Shown here: in pieces, positions 15,001 through 27,449 of the stretch
How positions within the stretch are numbered: position 1 is the stretch's first letter
Layout: each line of letters begins with the position of its first letter
Origin: Eledone cirrhosa
Lineage: Eukaryota
Reading direction: 5' to 3'
Length of the DNA stretch: 64,000 nucleotides
Assembly: GCA_964016885.1 (NCBI GenBank)
Contig: OZ024743.1
Location: 80,104,001 to 80,168,000, forward strand
Made by a program: the position numbers and the translations under genes
Notes under the pieces: model-generated
The model's input: only the letters and a program-made list of their open reading frames with translations
The model's database searches: none
Told to the model about the DNA's origin: nothing

Positions 15001-18000
15001 ATAGAGATGACAGAATCTAGTGTGACACTCTACCTTCCTACACTGGGAATATAGAGATGACAGAATCTAGTGTGACACTCTACCTACCTACACTGGGAAT
15101 ATAGAGATGACAGAATCTAGTGTGACACTATACCTACACTGGGAATATAGAGATGACAGCATCTAGTGTGACACTCTACCTCCCTACACTGGGAATATAG
15201 AGATGACAGAATCTAGTGTGACACTCTACCTTCCTACACTGGGAATATAGAGATGACAGAATCTAGTGTGACACTCTACCTACACTGGGAATATAGAGAT
15301 GACAGAATCTAGTGTGACACTCTACCTACACTGGGAATATAGAGATGACAGAATCTAGTGTGACACTCTACCTACACTGGGAATATAGAGATGACAGAAT
15401 CTAGTGTGACACTCTACCTACACTGGAAATATAGAGATGATAGAATCTAGTGTGACACTCTACCTCCCTACACTGGGAATATAAAGATGACAGAATCTAG
15501 TGTGACACTCTACCTACACTGGGAATATAGAGATGACAGAATCTAGTGTGACACTCTACCTCCCTACACTGGGAATATAGAGATGACAGAATCTAGTGTG
15601 ACACTCTACCTACACTGGGAATATAGAGATGACAGAATCTAGTGTGACACTCTACCTACCTACACTGGGAATATAGAGATGACAGAATCTAGTGTGACAC
15701 TCTACCCACACTGGGAATATAGAGATGACAGAATCTAGTGTGACACTCTACCTACACTGGGAATATAGAGATGACAGAATCTAGTGTGACACTCTACCTA
15801 CACTGGGAATATAGAGATGACAGAATCTAGTGTGACACTCTACCTACACTGGGAATATAAAGATGACAGAATCTAGTGTGACACTCTACCTCCCTACACT
15901 GGGAATATAAAGATGACAGAATCTAGTGTGACACTCTACCTACACTGGGAATATAGAGATGACAGAATCTAGTGTGACACTCTACCTACCTACACTGGGA
16001 ATATAGAGATGACAGAATCTAGTGTGACACTCTACCTCCCTACACTGGGAATATAGAGATGACAGAATCTAGTGTGACACTCTACCTACACTGGGAATAT
16101 AGAGATGACAGAATCTAGTGTGACACGCTACCTACCTACACTGGGAATATAGAGATGACAGAATCTAGTGTGACACTCTACCTCCCTACACTGGGAATAT
16201 AGAGATGACAGAATCTAGTGTGACACTCTACCTTCCTACACTGGGAATATAGAGATGACAGAATCTAGTGTGACACTCTACCTACACTGGGAATATAGAG
16301 ATGACAGAATCTAGTGTGACACTCTACCTACCTACACTGGGAATATAGAGATGACAGAATCTAGTGTGACACTCTACCCACACTGGGAATATAGAGATGG
16401 CAGAATCTAGTGTGGCACTCTACCTACACTGGGAATATAGAGATGACAGAATCTAGTGTGACACTCTACCTACACTGGGGATATAGAGATGACAGAATCT
16501 AGTGTGGCACTCTACCTCCCTACACTGGGAATATAGAGATGACATAATCTACTGTGACACTCTACCTCCATACACTGGGAATATAGAGATGACAGAATCT
16601 AGTGTGATACTCTACCTACACTGGGAATATAGAGATGACAGAATCTAGTGTGACACTCTACCTCCCTACACTGGGAATATAGAGATGACAGAATTTAGTG
16701 TGACACTCTACCTACACTGGGAATATAGAGATGACAGAATCTAGTGTGACACTCTACCTACACTGGGAATATAGAGATGACAGAATCTAGTGTGACACTC
16801 TACCTACACTGGGAATATAGAGATGACAGAATCTAGTGTGACACTCTACCTCCCTACACTGGGAATATAGAGATGACAGAATCTAGTGTGACACTCTACC
16901 TCCCTACACTGGGAATATAGAGATGACAGAATCTAGTGTGACACTCTACCTACCTACACTGTGAATATAGAGATGACAAAATCTATTGTGACACTGTAGC
17001 TACACTGGGAATATAGAGATGACAGAATCTAGTGTGACACTCTACCTCCCTACACTGGGAATATAGAGATGACAGAATCTAGTGTGATACTTTACCTACA
17101 CTGGGAATATAGAGATGACAGAATCTAGTGTGATACTCTACTTACACTGGGAATATTGAGATGACAGAATCTAGTGTGACACTCTACCAACACTGGGAAT
17201 ATAGAGATGACAGAATCTAGTGTGACACTCTACCTACACTGGGAATATAGAGATGACAGAATCTAGTGTGACACTCTACCTACACTGGGAATATAGAGAT
17301 GACAGAATCTAGTGTGACACTCTACCTACACTGGGAATATAGAAATAACAGAATCTATTGTGACACTCTACCTACACTGGGAATATAGAGATGACAGAAT
17401 CTAGTGTGACACTCTACCTCCCTACACTGGGAATATAGAGATGACAAAATCTAGTGTGACACTCTACCTACCTACACTGGGAATATAGAGATGACAGAAT
17501 CTAGTGTGACACTCTACCTACACTGGGAATATAGAGATGACAGAATCTAGTGTGACACTCTACCTACACTGGGAATATAGAGATGACAGAATCTAGTGTG
17601 ACACTCTACCTACACTGGGAATATAGAGATGACAGAATCTAGTGTGACACTCTACCTCCCTACACTGGGAATATAGAGATGACAGAATCTAGTGTGACAC
17701 TCTAGCTACACTGGGAATATAGAGATGACAGAATCTAGTGTGACACTCTACCTCCCTACACTGGGAATATAGAGATGACAGAATCTAGTGTGACACTCTA
17801 CCTCCCTACACTGGGAATATAGAGATGACGGAATCTAGTGTGACACTCTACCTCGCTACACTGGGAATATAGAGATGACAGAATCTAGTGTGACACTCTA
17901 CCTACACTGGGAATATAGAGATGACAGAATCTAGTGTGACACTCTACCCACACTGGAAATATAGAGATGACAGAATCTAGTGTGACACTCTACCTACACT

Positions 18001-21000
18001 GGGAATATAGAGATGACAGAATCTAGTGTGACACTCTACCTACACTGGGAATATAGAGATGACAGAATCTAGTGTGACACTCTACCTACACTGGGAATAT
18101 AGAGATGACAGAATCTAGTGTGACACTCTACCTCCCTACACTGGGAATATAAAGATGACAGAATCTAGTGTGACACTCTACCTACACTGGGAATATAGAG
18201 ATGACAGAATCTAGTGTGACACTCTACCTACCTACACTGGGAATATAGAGATGACAGAATCTAGTGTGACACTCTACCTCCCTACACTGGGAATATAGAG
18301 ATGACAGAATCTAGTGTGACACTCTACCTACCTACACTGGGAATATAGAGATGACAGAATCTAGTGTGACACTCTACCTACACTGGGAATATAGAGATGA
18401 CAGAATCTAGTGTGACACTCTACCTACACTGGGAATATAGAGATGACAGAATCTAGTGTGACACTCTACCTACACTGGGAATATAGAGATGACAGAATCT
18501 AGTGTGACAATCTACCTACCTACACTGGGAATATAGAGATGACAGAATCTAGTGTGACACTCTACCTACACTGGGAATATAGAGATGACAGAATCTAGTG
18601 TGACACTCTACCTTCCTACACTGGGAATATAGAGATGACAGAATCTAGTGTGACACTCTACCTACCTACACTGGGAATATAGAGATGACAGAATCTAGTG
18701 TGACACTATACCTACACTGGGAATATAGAGATGACAGCATCTAGTGTGACACTCTACCTCCCTACACTGGGAATATAGAGATGACAGAATCTAGTGTGAC
18801 ACTCTACCTTCCTACACTGGGAATATAGAGATGACAGAATCTAGTGTGACACTCTACCTACACTGGGAATATAGAGATGACAGAATCTAGTGTGACACTC
18901 TACCTACACTGGGAATATAGAGATGACAGAATCTAGTGTGACACTCTACCTACACTGGGAATATAGAGATGACAGAATCTAGTGTGACACTCTACCTACA
19001 CTGGAAATATAGAGATGATAGAATCTAGTGTGACACTCTACCTCCCTACACTGGGAATATAAAGATGACAGAATCTAGTGTGACACTCTACCTACACTGG
19101 GAATATAGAGATGACAGAATCTAGTGTGACACTCTACCTCCCTACACTGGGAATATAGAGATGACAGAATCTAGTGTGACACTCTACCTACACTGGGAAT
19201 ATAGAGATGACAGAATCTAGTGCGACAATCTACCTACCTACACTGGGAATATAGAGATGACAGAATCTAGTGTGACACTCTACCCACACTGGGAATATAG
19301 AGATGACAGAATCTAGTGTGACACTCTACCTACACTGGGAATATAGAGATGACAGAATCTAGTGTGACACTCTACCTACACTGGGAATATAGAGATGACA
19401 GAATCTAGTGTGACACTCTACCTACACTGGGAATATAAAGATGACAGAATCTAGTGTGACACTCTACCTCCCTACACTGGGAATATAAAGATGACAGAAT
19501 CTAGTGTGACACTCTACCTCCCTACACTGGGAATATAAAGATGACAGAATCTAGTGTGACACTCTACCTTCCTACACTGGGAATATAGAGATGACAGAAT
19601 CTAGTGTGACACTCTACCTACCTACACTGGGAATATAGAGATGACAGAATCTAGTGTGACACTCTACCTCCCTACACTGGGAATATAGAGATGACAGAAT
19701 CTAGTGTGACACTCTACCTACACTGGGAATATAGAGATGACAGAATCTAGTGTGACAATCTACCTACCTACACTGGGAATATAGAGATGACAGAATCTAG
19801 TGTGACACTCTACCTACACTGGGAATATAGAGATGACAGAATCTAGTGTGACACTCTACCTTCCTACACTGGGAATATAGAGATGACAGAATCTAGTGTG
19901 ACACTCTACCTACCTACACTGGGAATATAGAGATGACAGAATCTAGTGTGACACTATACCTACACTGGGAATATAGAGATGACAGCATCTAGTGTGACAC
20001 TCTACCTCCCTACACTGGGAATATAGAGATGACAGAATCTAGTGTGACACTCTACCTTCCTACACTGGGAATATAGAGATGACAGAATCTAGTGTGACAC
20101 TCTACCTACACTGGGAATATAGAGATGACAGAATCTAGTGTGACACTCTACCTACACTGGGAATATAGAGATGACAGAATCTAGTGTGACACTCTACCTA
20201 CACTGGGAATATAGAGATGACAGAATCTAGTGTGACACTCTACCTACACTGGAAATATAGAGATGATAGAATCTAGTGTGACACTCTACCTCCCTACACT
20301 GGGAATATAAAGATGACAGAATCTAGTGTGACACTCTACCTACACTGGGAATATAGAGATGACAGAATCTAGTGTGACACTCTACCTCCCTACACTGGGA
20401 ATATAGAGATGACAGAATCTAGTGTGACACTCTACCTACACTGGGAATATAGAGATGACAGAATCTAGTGCGACAATCTACCTACCTACACTGGGAATAT
20501 AGAGATGACAGAATCTAGTGTGACACTCTACCCACACTGGGAATATAGAGATGACAGAATCTAGTGTGACACTCTACCTACACTGGGAATATAGAGATGA
20601 CAGAATCTAGTGTGACACTCTACCTACACTGGGAATATAGAGATGACAGAATCTAGTGTGACACTCTACCTACACTGGGAATATAAAGATGACAGAATCT
20701 AGTGTGACACTCTACCTCCCTACACTGGGAATATAAAGATGACAGAATCTAGTGTGACACTCTACCTCCCTACACTGGGAATATAAAGATGACAGAATCT
20801 AGTGTGACACTCTACCTTCCTACACTGGGAATATAGAGATGACAGAATCTAGTGTGACACTCTACCTACCTACACTGGGAATATAGAGATGACAGAATCT
20901 AGTGTGACACTCTACCTCCCTACACTGGGAATATAGAGATGACAGAATCTAGTGTGACACTCTACCTACACTGGGAATATAGAGATGACAGAATCTAGTG

Positions 21001-24000
21001 TGACACTCTACCTACACTGGGAATATAAAGATGACAGAATCTAGTGTGACACTCTACCTCCCTACACTGGGAATATAAAGATGACAGAATCTAGTGTGAC
21101 ACTCTACCTCCCTACACTGGGAATATAAAGATGACAGAATCTAGTGTGACACTCTACCTTCCTACACTGGGAATATAGAGATGACAGAATCTAGTGTGAC
21201 ACTCTACCTACCTACACTGGGAATATAGAGATGACAGAATCTAGTGTGACACTCTACCTCCCTACACTGGGAATATAGAGATGACAGAATCTAGTGTGAC
21301 ACTCTACCTACACTGGGAATATAGAGATGACAGAATCTAGTGTGACACGCTACCTACCTACACTGGGAATATAAAGATGACAGAATCTAGTGTGACACTC
21401 TACCTCCCTACACTGGGAATATAAAGATGACAGAATCTAGTGTGACACTCTACCTACACTGGGAATATAGAGATAACAGAATCTAGTGTGACACTCTACC
21501 TACACTGGGAATATAAAGATGACAGAATCTAGTGTGACACTCTACCTCCCTACACTGGGAATATAGAGATGACAGAATCTAGTGTGACACTCTACCTACA
21601 CTGGGAATGTAGAGATGACAGTATCTAGTGTGACACTCTACCTCCCTACACTGGGAATATAAAGATGACAGAATCTAGTGTGACACTCTACCTACACTGG
21701 GAATATAGAGATGACAGAATCTAGTGTGACACTCTACCTTCCTACACTGGGAATATAGAGATGACAGAATCTAGTGTGACACTCTACCTTCCTACACTGG
21801 GAATATAGAGATGACAGAATCTAGTGTGACACTCTACCTACACTGGGAATATAGAGATGACAGAATCTAGTGTGACACTCTACCTCCCTACACTGGGAAT
21901 ATAGAGATGACAGAATCTAGTGTGACACTCTACCTACACTAGGAATATAGAGATGACAGAATCTAGTGTGACACTCTACCTACACTGGGAATATAGAGAT
22001 GACAGAATCTAGTGTGACACTCTACCTCCCTACACTGGGAATATAGAGATGACAGAATCTAGTGTGACACTCTACCTTCCTACACTGGGAATATAGAGAT
22101 GACAGAATCTAGTGTGACACTCTACCTACACTGGGAATATAGAGATGACAGAATCTAGTGTGACACTCTACCTCCCTACACTGGGAATATAGAGATGACA
22201 GAATCTAGTGTGACACTCTACCTTCCTACACTGGGAATATAGAGATGACAGAATCTAGTGTGACACTCTACCTACACTGGGAATATAGAGATGACAGAAT
22301 CTAGTGTGACACTCTACCTACCTACACTGGGAATATAGAGATGACAGAATCTAGTGTGACACTCTACCCACACTGGGAATATAGAGATGGCAGAATCTAG
22401 TGTGGCACTCTACCTACACTGGGAATATAGAGATGACAGAATCTAGTGTGACACTCTACCTACACTGGGAATATAGAGATGACAGAATCTAGTGTGACAC
22501 TCTACCTACACTGGGAATATAGAGATGACAGAATCTAGTGTGACACTCTACCTCCCTACACTGGGAATATAAAGATGACAGAATCTAGTGTGACACTCTA
22601 CCTACACTGGGAATATAGAGATGACAGAATCTAGTGTGACACTCTACCTCCCTACACTGGGAATATAAAGATGACAGAATCTAGTGTGACACTCTACCTA
22701 CACTGGGAATATAGAGATGACAGAATCTAGTGTGACACTCTACCTACCTACACTGGGAATATAGAGATGACAGAATCTAGTGTGACACTCTACCTCCCTA
22801 CACTGGGAATATAAAGATGACAGAATCTAGTGTGACACTCTACCTACACTGGGAATATAGAGATGACAGAATCTAGTGTGACACTCTACCTACCTACACT
22901 GGGAATATAAAGATGACAGAATCTAGTGTGACACTCTACCTCCCTACACTGGGAATATAGAGATGACAGAATCTAGTGTGACACTCTACCTACACTGGGA
23001 ATATAGAGATGACAGAATCTAGTGTGACACTCTACCTCCCTACACTGGGAATATAAAGACGACAGAATCTAGTGTGACACTCTACCTACACTGGGAATAT
23101 AGAGATGACAGAATCTAGTGTGACACTCTACCTTCCTACACTGGGAATATAGAGATGACAGAATCTAGTGTGACACTCTACCCCCCTACACTGGGAATAT
23201 AGAGATGACAGAATCTAGTGTGACACTCTACCTACACTGGGAATATAGAGATGACAGCATCTAGTGTGACACTCTACCCCCCTACACTGGGAATATAGAG
23301 ATGACAGAATCTAGTGTGACACTCTACCTTCCTACACTGGGAATATAGAGATGACAGAATCTAGTGTGACACTCTACCCCCCTACACTGGGAATATAGAG
23401 ATGACAGAATCTAGTGTGACACTCTACCTACACTGGGAATATAGAGATGACAGCATCTAGTGTGACACTCTACCCCCCTACACTGGGAATATAGAGATGA
23501 CAGAATCTAGTGTGACACTCTACCTTCCTACACTGGGAATATAGAGATGACAGAATCTAGTGTGACACTCTACCCCCCTACACTGGGAATATAGAGATGA
23601 CAGAATCTAGTGTGACACTCTACCTACACTGGGAATATAGAGATGACAGCATCTAGTGTGACACTCTACCCCCCTACACTGGGAATATAGAGATGACAGA
23701 ATCTAGTGTGACACTCTACCTACACTGGGAATATAGAGATGACAGAATCTAGTGTGACACTCTACCTACACTGGGAATATAGAGATGACAGAATCTAGTG
23801 TGACATTCTACCTACACTGGGAATATAGAGATGACAGAATCTAGTGTGACACTCTACCTCCCTACACTGGGAATATAGAGATGACAGAATCTAGTGTCAC
23901 ACTCTACCTTCCTACACTGGGAATATAGAGATGACAGAATCTAGTGTGACACTCTACCTCCCTACACTGGGAATATAGAGATGACAGAATCTAGTGTGAC

Positions 24001-24109
24001 ACTCTACCTTCCTACACTGGGAATATAGAGATGACAGAATCTAGTGTGACACTCTACCTACACTGGGAATATAGAGATGACAGAATCTAGTGTGACACTC
24101 TACCAACAC
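1..24109. repeat. Satellite A: tandem array of 46/50-bp monomers (roughly 500 units, truncated by the window start)
   Basis: Monomer TGTGACACTCTACC[TCCC/TACC/TTCC]TACACTGGGAATATAGAGATGACAGAATCTAG; the long and short forms differ by a 4-bp indel. The array ends abruptly at ...TGTGACACTCTACCAACAC (24109). Confidence 0.99.
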
Positions 24110-24162
24110 AAACTTCAGTTTGATATAAAGCATTTAAAATATTAAAACCTATCCGAATTGGA

Positions 24163-24163
<1 letters not shown>

Positions 24164-24231
<68 letters not shown>

Positions 24232-24460
24232 CGCGTGTGTGCGCGTGTTTAGTGTAGGTGTGTGAGTGTGTGGTGTGTGTATGGTCTGATGTATGTGTGG
24301 TTTGTGTTTGTGGTGTGCGTATGGTCTGATGTATGTGTGTTGTGTCTGTGTGAGAGTGTGTGTGGTGTGTGTTGTGTGTGTGTGGTGTGTGTGTTGTGTC
24401 TGTGTGAGAGTGTGTGTGTTGTGTGTGTGTGGTGTTTGAGGTGTGTGACCGTGTGTTTGT
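24164..24460. repeat. (GT)n microsatellite decaying into GT-rich low-complexity sequence
   Basis: Pure (GT)n at about 24164-24227, then degenerate GT/GGT. Confidence 0.95.
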
Positions 24461-24499
24461 TGGGAATCTATCGTGTACGACGACGCGTTTTCCAGTCTT

Positions 24500-24678
24500 T
24501 CGCCTGAAATTAACGTGCATTTCACAGACCCGTGTAGTTGTCAGGGAGATTCAGCAGTTCACAGCAGGCGTGATAAGCCTGGCCCTTAGCTGAGTTGACC
24601 GGAGTAACTCCAGGATTTGAACTGACGACCTTAAGATGTTGAGGCAAACATGCTAACCAGTAAGTCATGTGGCTTCAC
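24500..24678 (-). mobile_element. Degraded tRNA-derived SINE, family 2 (GTGAAG-head type)
   Basis: Minus strand starts GTGAAGCCACATGACTTACTGGTTAGC...AAGGTCGTCAGTTCAAATCC, with A-box and B-box-like motifs. The body (GGGAGATTCAGC, AAGCCTGGCCCT) is shared with copies at 33150, 50970, 53796 and 58142. Confidence 0.75.
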
Positions 24679-25169
24679 TGTCCGAATGCCATAGTCACTA
24701 TAAAATATTGTGGTGTTACATAGATAGAATACGGAGCTGTGAGATCTAAATTTGACTTCATGTTGAAGAGGCAGAAATACACGTGTCATGGTAGATTTTT
24801 TTTAAAAACGAAAATAAAACAAGAAACAACAACGATCAATTTAGTATGGAACACTAGAATGGCTTCTTTCTATAATGTTTATAGTTCCTTTATGTAGAAC
24901 CAGCCCCCCCCCCCTCTCTCACTAACTGCAGTTTTACTCTTTTTGCTGGCTTCCCGTTCGTATTTTCTTTCCCCTTATTTTCTCTTTCAATGTTTATTAG
25001 CAGACATTTTTTTATTATTTATATATTTCTTTATTGAGAGAGAGAGAGTTATTTTATTTATTTTATCATTTTATATATTTATATTTTTATTGTTATATTG
25101 GCTTTTATAATGAGTTACTGCCGACTGTGGGCCCTCTTCTTCCCTTGCACATGTCGTAAACACATAGCA

Positions 25170-25203
<34 letters not shown>

Positions 25204-25354
25204 GTATATATATATATATATAAAATGTTCCATCCTCTTTTTTCCGTTTCCAACGGTACTTTACCCGATTTTTCAACTATTATTTATAGTTATCAATTAC
25301 TATTATAGTTATCTGCATCATGGCGATTTTATGTATATATGTATATGTGTTGGG

Positions 25355-25389
25355 AGAGAGAGAGGAGGTAGAGAAAGAGGGATAGATAG

Positions 25390-25452
<63 letters not shown>
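25355..25452. repeat. (GATA)n-(GA)n compound microsatellite
   Basis: Read directly from the sequence. Confidence 0.95.
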
Positions 25453-25455
<3 letters not shown>

Positions 25456-25648
25456 TGAGTAAATCGAGTTACCACAGCAAAAAAGGTACTCAATACATTA
25501 GTAGAGTGTGAACATCAAAATATAATATAGAAGTAGCTTCTACAGGACTAGAACTGTTTCATATAATCATGAATGAGTATACCTAATGATTTCATTTGAG
25601 TGAAACAGTTCTCGACTTCTAAAAGTCATTTCTATATTATATTTTGAT
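25453..25648 (-). mobile_element. Fold-back element, putative Penelope-like terminal remnant with a half hammerhead
   Basis: Inverted arms 25514-25561 and 25601-25648 (outer 19 bp and inner 12 bp perfect). The minus strand reads GAAAC-AGTTCTA-GTC, then CACTCTACTAATGTATTGAGTAC, then runs into (TC)n. Confidence 0.55.
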
Positions 25649-25691
25649 ACTTATAAATATTAAAATTTTTCCCGTAAGATCAAATGTATCT

Positions 25692-25860
25692 TTAGTCAAA
25701 TATAATAAATCTGTGTGTGTGGCATGTGGTGTGGTGCGTGTGGTGTGTGTGGTGTGTGGTGTATGGTGTAGGTGGTGTGTGTGGTGTGTGGTGTGTGTAG
25801 TGTGTGGTGTGGGTGGTGTGTGTGGTGTGTGGTTTGTGGTGTGTTGTGTGGTGTGTGTGT
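25692..25860. repeat. (GTGTG/GTG)n low-complexity tract
   Basis: Read directly from the sequence. Confidence 0.9.
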
Positions 25861-25918
25861 ACTACTGTACGTCTGTATACATATAAGTATGTACGTATAT
25901 ATACTTATATTTAAGTAT

Positions 25919-26035
25919 CAGCCGCACTAAGAATGAGAAATGAAATTTCATTTTTTCCATTTATATATATATATATATATATATATAAACGGAAAAAATG
26001 AAACGAAATTTCATTTCTCACTCTTAGTGCGGCTG
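25919..26035. repeat. Inverted repeat of ~45-bp arms centred on a (TA)n tract
   Basis: CAGCCGCACTAAGAATGAGAAATGAAATTTCATTTTTTCCATTT (TA)n AAACGGAAAAAATGAAACGAAATTTCATTTCTCACTCTTAGTGCGGCTG; the right arm has an extra 5 bp. Confidence 0.9.
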
Positions 26036-26046
26036 TTATATACATA

Positions 26047-26048
<2 letters not shown>

Positions 26049-26129
<81 letters not shown>
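26049..26129. repeat. (TA)n-(GA)n microsatellite
   Basis: Read directly from the sequence. Confidence 0.95.
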
Positions 26130-26134
<5 letters not shown>

Positions 26135-26419
26135 TTAGGTATCGAGAGAGAGCAAGGAGGGATAGCTGATACATGTAGTTAATTTGCCAAATAGCGTATG
26201 CAGAGTGTGCTCAATACTAGTGCCGGCAGTGTTAAATATTAGAAGTGTTAATATCTAGTGCCCGAGAGAATTAGCAGAGCGTAAGCACGTGGAGAAGTAA
26301 AATACAGGAGAACAGACCGTTAAAATATGTTTATTTAAAATACCACCTACGTACCTACTGCACTTACTGCAAAATCAAAACATGTTTTTTTACGAAGAAT
26401 GAACTCTGACGTGAACTTA

Positions 26420-26451
26420 TCCCGAAAAACCCATTCCGGGTTATGTAAGGA
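26420..26451 (+). ncRNA. Variant minimal hammerhead-like motif (degenerate)
   Basis: TCC-CGAAAA-ACCC-ATTCC-GGGT-TAT-GTA-AGGA: same layout as the downstream ribozyme, with a similar stem II but TAT in place of GAAA. It resembles the non-canonical core variants seen in Penelope-like LTRs (recalled, not searched). Confidence 0.4.
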
Positions 26452-26469
26452 ACACTTTTTAGTTATTAT

Positions 26470-26509
26470 GCCCTTGAGAAGCCCATTCGGGCGAAACGTA
26501 CGTAGGTGC
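26470..26509 (+). ncRNA. Minimal type I hammerhead ribozyme (U3-A8 core variant)
   Basis: GCCC-TTGAGAA-GCCC[ATTC]GGGC-GAAAC-GTAC-GTA^GGTGC: compensatory U3/A8 core, perfect 4-bp stem II, GAAA, palindromic stem III (ACGTACGT), GUA cleavage triplet; stem I is short and bulged. Confidence 0.7.
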
Positions 26510-26563
26510 TATTTTAAATAAACATGTTTTAACGGTCTGTTCTCCTGTATTTTACTTCTCCAC

Positions 26564-26594
<31 letters not shown>

Positions 26595-26599
<5 letters not shown>

Positions 26600-26777
26600 G
26601 TTTCTACTTTTGGCACAAGGCCAGCAATTACCCAGTGCATTACTGGTACTTTATTTTATCGACCCCGTAAGGATGAAAGGCAAAGTCAACCTCGGCGGGA
26701 TTTGAACTCAGATCGTAAAGGGACGTAACTATGCTGGAAAGCATGGCGTCCGACCCTCTACCGATACTGCCAATCCA
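26595..26777 (-). mobile_element. tRNA-derived SINE, family 1 (Meta-domain-like core), internally deleted form
   Basis: Minus strand TGGATTGGCAGTATCGGTAGAGG...GAGTTCAAATCCC (B box), then the core GCCTTTCATCCTTACGGGGTCGATAAAATAAAGTACCAG and the 3' end TGGCCTTGTGCCAAAAGTAGAAACAATTA. Confidence 0.9.
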
Positions 26778-27240
26778 GTCTGAGATAAAGAGGAGTAAAA
26801 TGCATTACTTAAGGAGTCCGTGTAAAATTATTTAAACATCACTGGAGAGTTCAGACAACAATTACATTAAGAATGTTTGCTTTAATGCTCACAACAATGA
26901 AGGCTTCCGTTAAAAATTAGGTTTCTGGTAGCCACTGATGTCCCTCTTGTCTCTGTTAAACAGAAGTTGCAGTCGTTTGACATATTTCTAAACGTTGGAG
27001 CTTTGTTTACTATTGATTAAGTGATGTTAGTGTTTGTTCCTTTCCCATGATAGCCAAATATATTTGGAGAGTGTTGTAGTTTCTATTTGACAGCGATGGA
27101 ACCACATGTATTGGTGCAAACAGCTTTACAATGTGTGCTTCATATATAGTAGACTTTAGAATTGTAATGATGCACATTACATAATGTTGATATACGAATG
27201 ATGAGTTCATGAGCAGAGATGCTATAAAATGGCATATATA

Positions 27241-27360
27241 AAATAGGGTGTGACCCTTAAAAGACGGGGAAAAAATCTCGTCATCGGCCGCTATGGAAAT
27301 CTTTTTCCGTCTTTTAAGCGTCGTCAGCCTATTCTATTGTATCTCTGTACATGAGCACCA
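27241..27360. other. Hairpin element with a possible hammerhead half
   Basis: 12-bp perfect inverted repeat CTTAAAAGACGG (27256-27267) / CCGTCTTTTAAG (27307-27318), extended by AATAGG/CCTATT. CTGACGA lies on the minus strand at 27321-27327; GTACATGAGCAC is at 27347-27358. Confidence 0.45.
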
Positions 27361-27449
27361 TTTTTTTGTATTAACTTTTTTTTTTTATATCCTCCACGCT
27401 TAAAATCCGGAAGGTTAGCTACGTATTTTCTTGGTTTACATTACATAAT

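Larger units (their letters stand above)
26130..26565. mobile_element. Penelope-like pseudo-LTR remnant with inverted arms and tandem hammerhead motifs, inserted in microsatellite
   Basis: 68-bp inverted arms 26287-26354 and 26498-26565 with 2 mismatches; hammerhead motifs in the spacer; GTGCTCAATAC at 26207-26217; (TA)n(GA)n on the left and (TA)n on the right. Confidence 0.7.

Noticed and set aside
1-24109. CRISPR-like array (also considered for 33451-49580)
   Set aside because: Monomers are contiguous with no unique spacers, there are no cas genes, and the context is eukaryotic.
24600-24678. Genuine tRNA gene (also considered for the other A/B-box heads)
   Set aside because: No complete cloverleaf, and each head is followed by a SINE body.
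26800-27240. Coding exon in the unique stretch (e.g. DGTTCIGANSF..., ORF 27010-27210)
   Set aside because: Short frames, no convincing donor/acceptor pair and no recognisable domain.
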